Below, piece by piece: positions 57,216 to 64,000 of a DNA stretch of 64,000 nt. The notes below the pieces were generated by a model. It saw nothing but the letters and a program-made list of their open reading frames with translations. It was not told the DNA's origin and made no database searches. Within the stretch, counting starts at the first letter, position 1. The number at the start of each line of letters is the position of its first letter. A program made the position numbers and the translations under genes. Where the stretch lies: positions 1-64,000 of the IMG/VR virus record IMGVR_UViG_3300043446_002337; one strand, given 5' to 3'. Origin of the DNA: a virus.

Positions 57216-58376
57216 ATGAAAATAGGTATACGATTTAGTGGTAAAGGTCCATCTGGATATAATGATATTTTTTATTTTCTACATACTTTACAAGCAGGAA
57301 AAGTAAAAGAAATATCTACAGAATATTTAGGGTGTGAAATACAGTACAGAGACAATACGTATTTATTTTCGGCAAAGGAACTTGAAGATGATTGTGATAT
57401 CAAGGTGTTTGCCGCCCACGACACACAGTATATTCACTCATGCATAGAGTCAGATACCGAGTATCAACGTATAAGAAATACATATGATACTATAGTACTG
57501 TTTAGTCCGGGTGAAGCGTTGGTCACACGTATTTCTGATGAAATGTTACAAAAATTTTTAGATGAAGGTAATTTTTATGTAACAGGAACTACCAACATAT
57601 CATTTGAACACAAAAACCTATTCATAGATAAATTTATGGGGCCAAAGTTTTTGTACTATCAGTTAGGATTTAATTACATTAACTTTTATCAGAATACAAA
57701 AACAAAACGTAGTCTAGTGGGTGTGTACCACCGGACACAATACATTAATGATGTTGTACGTTCCTTACCATGTAAAAAGTCAACAATACGTAATGAGGTA
57801 GTAAACAAATTAAAAGAATTATTAGATACGGACTTGACAATCTATGAAAATAACCATATATTACACCCAGAGATTTTAGAGCCTTATAATTTTTTAGGAC
57901 TATGGGTTACAAATCATATATCTGGATATTCTGACTATGCCACAAGTGTATGTAATTTGATTTTTGAAAGTTTTGCTCCACATGAAGATTCACCAAGAGC
58001 TAGTCTTAGTGAAAAAACTATAAAAGCAATTATCTTTGGTAAAGAAAACATATTCTTCATGTGGCACGGACCAGATGATTTATTCATATATCTAAAAAAT
58101 TTGGGATTTTGGTTTTTAAATATGGAGTTCTATGATTTCAAAACTCCCAACAGAGATGAAATGACGGTATCGGTTATACGAACTATTGAATACTTAAAAC
58201 ATCTACAGACACAATTTAAAACGAATGACGAATTGTTTCAATATTTATATGATAGACACGGTGAAAAATTACTTACAAATTATTATAAATTCAAAGAACA
58301 ACTAATAGATACGTCTATTGGAAATAATATACTTACTTCTTTACATAATTTCAGCAGGGGGAACAATGAGGTTTGA
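57216..58376 (+). CDS. Divergent GT10-like protein
   Basis: NLIFES...LSEKTIKAI...LKNLGFWF aligns with the motif in the other three paralogues. Confidence 0.4.
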   Translation: MKIGIRFSGKGPSGYNDIFYFLHTLQAGKVKEISTEYLGCEIQYRDNTYLFSAKELEDDCDIKVFAAHDTQYIHSCIESDTEYQRIRNTYDTIVLFSPGEALVTRISDEMLQKFLDEGNFYVTGTTNISFEHKNLFIDKFMGPKFLYYQLGFNYINFYQNTKTKRSLVGVYHRTQYINDVVRSLPCKKSTIRNEVVNKLKELLDTDLTIYENNHILHPEILEPYNFLGLWVTNHISGYSDYATSVCNLIFESFAPHEDSPRASLSEKTIKAIIFGKENIFFMWHGPDDLFIYLKNLGFWFLNMEFYDFKTPNRDEMTVSVIRTIEYLKHLQTQFKTNDELFQYLYDRHGEKLLTNYYKFKEQLIDTSIGNNILTSLHNFSRGNNEV

Positions 58377-59358
58377 TGATAAAATTTTAGTTACTGGTGC
58401 TAGTGGTTTTATAGGTTCTCATGTTTTACGGTTACTTTTTAAAAAAGGATACATGAATCTTAGAGCAGCGGTACATAGTAGAGATTTACGAGGAGACTTC
58501 AAAGGTTCTCAAAACATTGAAACGTTTAAAGGTGACCTTCGTGACGCAGAGTTTTGTTCAAAAGTAACCGAAGGTGTTGACATAGTAATACACTGTGCAG
58601 CTAATACTTCTAACGCATTAGATACTAAGTTTAATCCACTTCTTCATGTTACCCCTAACATTGAGATGACAGTAAACTTATTAGAACAGAGTTGGAAAAA
58701 TAAGGTCAAAAAAGTTTTATACGTGTCGTCCAACACAGTATATCCTGATATGCAAGAAGATGACTGCGCAGAATGGATGGATGTGCATTCCACACCATTA
58801 ATTCCAGTATACAAGGGTGTAGGTGGAATGAAACGGTACTGTGAACTATTATGTGATTTCTTCTCAAATCAAATACACAACCCCATGCAGTGTATTATAG
58901 TTCGGCCATCAAATGCATTCGGACCAAACGACAAGTTTGATTACGAAAAATGTCACGTAACCCCCGCAAATATTAGAAAGGTAGCGGATGAACTCAATCC
59001 GATTCCCGTATGGGGAGATGGAACCGAGGTTCGGGACTTATTACACGTAGAAGATATGGCAGAGGGATTCATCTATATCATGGAGAAGTGTGATAAGTAC
59101 GACATTTATAACGTTGCTTATGGTCAAGCTTATTCGGTAAATGAAGTACTACAATGGTTGAAGGAACTTGAAAATAATGAAAATCCAATTTCTTACGTGA
59201 ATAATAAAGCTCCGATGATTCCGATACGAAAATTATCAAGTAAAAAGGTAAATGCGTTAGGGTGGGTACCTAAACGTGAGTTAAAGGAAGCATTGAAAGA
59301 GACTATAGACTGGTATAAATCCAACAAACATTTATACAACCCAGATTCAACACCATAA
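58366..59358 (+). CDS. NAD(P)-dependent epimerase/reductase (extended SDR)
   Basis: VTGASGFIG, HCAA, RPSNAFGP and WGDGTEVRDLLHVED; the YxxxK site reads VGGMK; ATG at 58366 follows AGGGGG. Confidence 0.85.
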   Translation: MRFDDKILVTGASGFIGSHVLRLLFKKGYMNLRAAVHSRDLRGDFKGSQNIETFKGDLRDAEFCSKVTEGVDIVIHCAANTSNALDTKFNPLLHVTPNIEMTVNLLEQSWKNKVKKVLYVSSNTVYPDMQEDDCAEWMDVHSTPLIPVYKGVGGMKRYCELLCDFFSNQIHNPMQCIIVRPSNAFGPNDKFDYEKCHVTPANIRKVADELNPIPVWGDGTEVRDLLHVEDMAEGFIYIMEKCDKYDIYNVAYGQAYSVNEVLQWLKELENNENPISYVNNKAPMIPIRKLSSKKVNALGWVPKRELKEALKETIDWYKSNKHLYNPDSTP

Positions 59359-59365
59359 TACTTCC

Positions 59366-60304
59366 ATGAAAAAAGTATTGATTACAGGTGGCGCAGGATA
59401 TTTAGGGTCAACAATAACCGAACATTTGTTAACACAAGGATACTCAGTAACAGTTCTAGATAACTTAATGTATAAACAATTATCACTGTTACATTTATTT
59501 AAACACACATCCTTTAATTTTGTGTTAGGAGATGTTCGAGATGTAACCTTATTACAAAACCTGGTACAAGCTCACGATATTATAATACCACTTGCAGCTA
59601 TAGTAGGAATGCCTGCTTGTAAAAATAATCCGCAATTAACAATAGACACGAATTATCGTCAAATACAAAATATTTTATCGGTGATAACTGATAAACAAAA
59701 ATTAATATTACCCAATACGAATAGTCAGTATGGGTCATCGGAAACGATTATTACTGAGGATAGTCCGTTTAAACCACTATCTTTATACGCAGAAACAAAA
59801 TGCGATGCGGAAAACGCCATGTTAGCTCATGGTAACGGAGTATCATTACGTCTCGCCACAGTTTTCGGTGTATCACCACGGATGCGACAAGATTTATTGG
59901 TGAATGACTTTGTATATAAAAGTGTAGTAGATGGATATCTGGTTCTGTTTGAAGGACACTTTAAACGAAATTATATTCATGTACAAGACATAGCACGTAC
60001 CTTTCAATTTGTTATTGAAAACTATGAAAAATGTAAAGGACACGCGTTCAACGTCGGATTGTCTACAGCAAATTTAAGTAAGTTAGAGTTGGCAGAACGG
60101 ATTAAAACCTATATACCTTCGTTAGTTATAAAGCAGGATGAATTTAAAGAAGATTTTGATAAACGAAATTATATAGTATCTAATGAGAAACTGGAGAGAT
60201 TAGGTTGGTATCCGATATATGATTTAGATTATGGGATACAACAGTTGATAAATGCATACAAATTTGTTATTATTCATAATAATAGAAATTTTACAAATCT
60301 ATAA
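59366..60304 (+). CDS. NAD-dependent epimerase/dehydratase
   Basis: ITGGAGYLG, LAAIVG-PAC, YAETK (YxxxK), LRLATVFG-SPRMR-DL and RNYIHV-D. Confidence 0.88.
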   Translation: MKKVLITGGAGYLGSTITEHLLTQGYSVTVLDNLMYKQLSLLHLFKHTSFNFVLGDVRDVTLLQNLVQAHDIIIPLAAIVGMPACKNNPQLTIDTNYRQIQNILSVITDKQKLILPNTNSQYGSSETIITEDSPFKPLSLYAETKCDAENAMLAHGNGVSLRLATVFGVSPRMRQDLLVNDFVYKSVVDGYLVLFEGHFKRNYIHVQDIARTFQFVIENYEKCKGHAFNVGLSTANLSKLELAERIKTYIPSLVIKQDEFKEDFDKRNYIVSNEKLERLGWYPIYDLDYGIQQLINAYKFVIIHNNRNFTNL

Positions 60305-60307
60305 TCC

Positions 60308-60541
60308 ATGACACAGGATATTAGGGAAGATAAAAAAAGAACAATGTTAAAAACAGTTACGTGGCGTATCGTAGCAGTATTTAATTCGTGGATAATATTA
60401 TCAATTGGTATTGGTAACACAAATTTACAAAAAGCATTGTTGATGAATAGTACTGGATTTTTTGTATTTTATTTTTTTGAAAGAGTGTGGAGTAAAATAA
60501 ATTATGGTAGATATGTTATGGGGGATACTGTAAATGAGTAA
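60308..60541 (+). CDS. DUF2061-like small membrane protein
   Basis: RTMLKTVTWRIVA...FYFFERVWSKINYG. Confidence 0.7.
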   Translation: MTQDIREDKKRTMLKTVTWRIVAVFNSWIILSIGIGNTNLQKALLMNSTGFFVFYFFERVWSKINYGRYVMGDTVNE

Positions 60542-61538
60542 TTGGAAAGATAAAGTGGAATCCGAAAAAATTAATTTGAACATAGACAAGTCTAATTTCA
60601 TAAAACAATCTTATAATGTCCATGTTACTAAAGACCACCCACACTATCCATGGCTTTTAGAAAAAAGAAATTGGAGAGTAGCGAATGATTATCCATGGAA
60701 AAAATCTCCATTAGAAAAACGCAAAGTTCAAGGTATTGCATTTTTAGGATGTTCTTTCACGTGGGGACAAGGATTATATTTCTATAGTAACTTAGATTCG
60801 TTACGAGAACCAGAATATTGTCGTTATGATTCATTATTAGTTAAACCAAGTCATGTAAAATACGCAGAGTCAGTAAGGTTTAGTAGAACGGTAGCCAATC
60901 ATTTTAACACATTTGATATGGCAGTACCGAGTAATGGAGGAACTAATCAAACAATAATTAGATGGTTTATTGATGATGTACTGAACATACCAAACAGTTC
61001 AAACTTTGGTGGTACATACGCTCCGTGCGAATTCAGCGACTTTTCACACATAGTTTTTCAAATGACCGAATGGTCGCGCAAAAGATTTTATATAACTGTA
61101 GATGGTACACGATATGAGTTATTGAACAATAACCATAAACATGACACTAAAATCTCTTCTATATTTGACAAGTTTTTATTAGAAAATGGTATTACTATTG
61201 ATGAGTTTGAACAATTTATGGTTGAATCAAATTTTCAAGATGTAAAAGATTTTCTACAATTTGTTGAACAAAATGGAGTAAAAACATATGTTATGACTTG
61301 GCCTGACGCATATGTATCATTAATAAAAAATGATGAATTTATGAATGAAAGGTTTATACAATTTTCTTATAAAGATACACACTTTGATTCAATAACTGAG
61401 CTAATGAATCAACACAAGGAAATGGTCATCATGTATGATTATGAAGAATTTGTTGATACACCGAAAGATATGCATCCGTCACTAAAATGTCATCAAGTCA
61501 TAGCGAATTCAATTATCAAAAAAATGGAAAAGGTGTAA
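60534..61538 (+). CDS. SGNH/GDSL-fold protein
   Basis: FLGCSFTWGQG, NGGTN and DMHPS-CH-VIA. Confidence 0.7.
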   Translation: MSNWKDKVESEKINLNIDKSNFIKQSYNVHVTKDHPHYPWLLEKRNWRVANDYPWKKSPLEKRKVQGIAFLGCSFTWGQGLYFYSNLDSLREPEYCRYDSLLVKPSHVKYAESVRFSRTVANHFNTFDMAVPSNGGTNQTIIRWFIDDVLNIPNSSNFGGTYAPCEFSDFSHIVFQMTEWSRKRFYITVDGTRYELLNNNHKHDTKISSIFDKFLLENGITIDEFEQFMVESNFQDVKDFLQFVEQNGVKTYVMTWPDAYVSLIKNDEFMNERFIQFSYKDTHFDSITELMNQHKEMVIMYDYEEFVDTPKDMHPSLKCHQVIANSIIKKMEKV

Positions 61539-61539
61539 T

Positions 61540-62079
61540 ATGAGTAAACCGAGCATGAGTCCTTATAAAGATTCTTTAACGGACATAATGACAACGTTAG
61601 CACAAGACGAAAATACTATATTTATCGGACAACAGATAGTATATGCCGGTAATCCTATGAGTACTACACTAGGTAATGTACCCAAAGAAAAAATGATAGA
61701 AGTTCCCGTTATGGAAGAAACACAAATGGGAATGACGTTGGGGTTAGCTATAACTGGAAAAACTGTAGTTTCTTTTTACCCACGTTGGGATTTTATAGTT
61801 TCCGCAACAAATCAATTGGTAAATCATGTTGATAAGTATGAGTTAATGACCGGTAAAAAAGTTAATATATTAATTCGTTTAGGAAAGGGTAGTGATGTAC
61901 CACTTGACCCAGGACACCAACACAAAAACGACTACCTCACAGAATTTTCTTCTATGTGTAAAAACATAACGTTCCACAATTTATCAGATGTAACAAAAAT
62001 AAAACCTGCATACCAATCTGCTATAGAAAACGGTGGCATACATATACTCGTAGAATATCCACAATTATATTTTGTATGA
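61540..62079 (+). CDS. ThDP-dependent E1 beta/transketolase pyrimidine-binding domain (C-terminal domain absent)
   Basis: FIGQ, EVPVMEETQMG-GLAITG, NQLVNH and GHQH; only 179 aa. Confidence 0.82.
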   Translation: MSKPSMSPYKDSLTDIMTTLAQDENTIFIGQQIVYAGNPMSTTLGNVPKEKMIEVPVMEETQMGMTLGLAITGKTVVSFYPRWDFIVSATNQLVNHVDKYELMTGKKVNILIRLGKGSDVPLDPGHQHKNDYLTEFSSMCKNITFHNLSDVTKIKPAYQSAIENGGIHILVEYPQLYFV

Positions 62080-62879
62080 AAAAGAAACTTCTAATAACAC
62101 TAGGATGTTCGTTTACTGAGGGAGTGGGTTGTTATGACCCACTGTTATTAGATACAAATGGTAAACCTATATACGACGAGGGGTTGGTTTACAATTCAAG
62201 TGTAGACAGATTTCATACATTAGGTTGGCCAGCTAAACTACAAAAAAAATTACAATATGATTGTTTGTGGAACCTAGGGCATGGGGCAGCTTCTAATTCT
62301 GAAAATGTTAAACGATGGACAGAGATATTCTCAACAAAAAAGATTTCAGACGAGTACGATGTATTAGTAATATGGATGCTTACATTTTCTGGTAGGATAA
62401 GTTTTTATAAAGATGGTAAAATTCGCAGTGTACTACCAGGAAGTAAAAATCCGACAGATGTAAATCATATCTTCTATAACAGTTATCTAAATTTTCTTGG
62501 AGATAACTTTAATAAAGATATGATACTAGAGATGTATTTTTATGTTAATATAATAAAAACAATATGTGAACTATCAAATTACAAGTTTTTATATATTAAT
62601 ACGAGTAATAGTGAAGGAAGAGATTTAGATTTACTAACAAAGAGCACCAACAGCTTAAACTTTGCATACAAAACACTATATCCAGAATATAATAGTGTGT
62701 TAGATAGAAATGATTACGCAAAGTATTCTGCGTTTTGTGGTCACCCAAACGAAAATGGTTACGAACTTATTGCAGAACGGTTATTCCAGATGATATTACA
62801 CGAACACAAATATTTAGTAAACAATAATACACCAGAAACATACGACATGCTATATTTGGGAGAACCCAGACAGTGGTAA
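62076..62879 (+). CDS. SGNH/GDSL-fold protein
   Basis: TLGCSFTEGVG, NLGHGAASN and GHPNENGYELIA. Confidence 0.7.
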   Translation: MKKKLLITLGCSFTEGVGCYDPLLLDTNGKPIYDEGLVYNSSVDRFHTLGWPAKLQKKLQYDCLWNLGHGAASNSENVKRWTEIFSTKKISDEYDVLVIWMLTFSGRISFYKDGKIRSVLPGSKNPTDVNHIFYNSYLNFLGDNFNKDMILEMYFYVNIIKTICELSNYKFLYINTSNSEGRDLDLLTKSTNSLNFAYKTLYPEYNSVLDRNDYAKYSAFCGHPNENGYELIAERLFQMILHEHKYLVNNNTPETYDMLYLGEPRQW

Positions 62880-64000
62880 TTTGGGGAATTTCAGCAAATA
62901 GTCATGATGCTGCCATCACGGTGATTGAAGATAAAGAAATCTTGTTTGCATCACAATCCGAAAGATACTCAGGTGTGAAGAATGATGCTCATTTAAATTC
63001 TGGTATTGTTATTGATGCAAAAAGATATGGAGAGCCAGATTTAGTTGTATGGTATGAAACACCATGGTTAAAATCATTACGACAACTACGGTCTGGTCAG
63101 GGGTGGATATCCAATAATGTTAGAAAATATCTAAATCAATATAACATCTCCGCACCATTTACTACTGTAGGTCATCATCACAGTCATGCAGCAGGAGGAT
63201 ACTACACCTCTAACTTTGATGAAGCCGCCATCTTGGTGATTGATGCCATTGGTGAGTTTGATACCACAACCATTTGGTATGGAAAGGGAACCAAGTTGGA
63301 AAAGAAGTTTTCCATTAAATATCCTCATAGTTTGGGATTATGGTATTCTGCCATGACGCAACGTGTAGGATTGAAACCAAACGAAGAAGAATACATTCTC
63401 ATGGGTATGGCGGCATATGGCGACCCATTTAAATATGCACCTACGATGTTAGAGGATTTCTTTGACAGTAAACATATGTTGAAGTTGAATCATAATCTTC
63501 ATCGGGGATGTATGTGGTGGCGTCCTGAATTAAACACGGAACAGGACAAATATGATATTGCTGCCGCCACACAATTCATCTATGAAATGATGTTCCATGA
63601 TTTACTGGATGAAGCCAAGAAACTCACAGGAAGTAAAAACTTAGTGCTAGGCGGTGGGTGTGCCTTGAATTGTGTCGCTAACAGCATCGCCTTTCAGTAT
63701 TTTGAACGTGTCTGGATTATGCCAAACCCAGGTGATGCCGGAAATAGTTTAGGTGCTGTGTTGGGATATACAAACGAACATATATCATTTATATCACCGT
63801 TTTTAGGATATGATATAAAAGGAGAATATCCAATAGAGGGATTGACTTCTGAGTTAAAAAATGTTAAAATAGTAGGTGTAGCGAACGGGAAAGCGGAATT
63901 CGGTCCTAGAGCGTTGGGTAATCGTAGTTTATTAGCAGACCCACGTGGTACTGGAGTCAAGGATAAAGTAAATGAAATTAAACGTAGACAAAAATTCCGT
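62873..64000 (+). CDS. O-carbamoyltransferase (NodU/CmcH family), 3'-truncated by the window edge; absent from the ORF track
   Basis: GTG at 62873: VIWGISANSHDAA...ERYSGVKND; HHHSHAAGG; VIDAIGE; HSLGLWY; MGMAAYG; GGGCALNCVAN; PGDAG; EFGPRALGNRSLLADP. Confidence 0.92.
   Translation, partial: MVIWGISANSHDAAITVIEDKEILFASQSERYSGVKNDAHLNSGIVIDAKRYGEPDLVVWYETPWLKSLRQLRSGQGWISNNVRKYLNQYNISAPFTTVGHHHSHAAGGYYTSNFDEAAILVIDAIGEFDTTTIWYGKGTKLEKKFSIKYPHSLGLWYSAMTQRVGLKPNEEEYILMGMAAYGDPFKYAPTMLEDFFDSKHMLKLNHNLHRGCMWWRPELNTEQDKYDIAAATQFIYEMMFHDLLDEAKKLTGSKNLVLGGGCALNCVANSIAFQYFERVWIMPNPGDAGNSLGAVLGYTNEHISFISPFLGYDIKGEYPIEGLTSELKNVKIVGVANGKAEFGPRALGNRSLLADPRGTGVKDKVNEIKRRQKFR

Noticed and set aside
103-58365. 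ORF-track start positions 103, 11374, 11998, 23470, 46671, 49412 and 58318
   Set aside because: The first gene is open from base 1. The others overlap upstream genes extensively or lack an SD, so starts at 11428, 12094, 23491, 46686, 49475 and 58366 fit coupling and SD placement better.
49475-62079. E1 alpha/beta as an auxiliary pyruvate dehydrogenase for central metabolism
   Set aside because: Both subunits are truncated, there is no E2/E3, and both are embedded among nucleotide-sugar genes, so a sugar-tailoring role fits better.
63131-63960. Minus-strand ORFs at 63131-63328 and 63694-63960
   Set aside because: They are antisense to the clear + strand carbamoyltransferase, which the ORF track missed because it has no stop inside the window.
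1-64000. Stop-codon reassignment, as seen in some large phages
   Set aside because: Genes are full length and densely packed in code 11. TAG (7799, 30805, 40538, 50104) and TGA (3650, 6529) end genes right before the next start.
41254-64000. The cluster as a host chromosomal O-antigen/capsule locus (prophage boundary or misassembly)
   Set aside because: It is translationally coupled on the same strand as the phage genes and shares the GATC avoidance. It includes phage-type families and lacks wzx/wzy/ABC export, integrase or housekeeping genes.

Overview
This is a 64-kb slice of a large T4-like myovirus genome (tailed dsDNA phage, standard genetic code). All credible genes are on the + strand and are tightly packed or overlapping. 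In order: the 3' part of a gp46/SbcC recombination ATPase; a 960-aa multi-module nucleotidyltransferase; a two-TM coiled-coil (spanin-like) protein; and the large terminase. Next is a cassette of about nine small, basic, modular proteins, most with T4 capsid-targeting-like N-termini. The head and tail genes follow: portal, prohead protease, a HEXXH protease, phage-encoded ribosomal protein bS21, scaffold, major capsid, neck/tail-terminator proteins, sheath and tube. About 14 kb of modular fibre genes come next, with long, almost proline-free Gly-Ser/Thr-Ser/Thr tracts. The window ends with an approximately 23-kb glycan synthesis/modification cluster: GT-A and GT10-like glycosyltransferases, RmlC, three SDR epimerases, split ThDP E1 alpha/beta, SGNH proteins, radical SAMs, a methyltransferase, a 2OG-Fe(II) oxygenase, a HAD plus putative ribofuranosyltransferase, and a carbamoyltransferase. 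The best candidates for undescribed biology are (i) a virion glycocoat system pairing Ser/Thr-rich fibres with the glycan cluster, (ii) a head-cargo polyprotein cassette including a ligase-like/NMNAT-like fusion, and (iii) bS21 placed among late genes with strong Shine-Dalgarno sites. A recurrent TA(T/C)TTA(T/A) promoter-like motif and apparent GATC avoidance are also visible. All family calls come from motif recognition by eye; no database searches were run.
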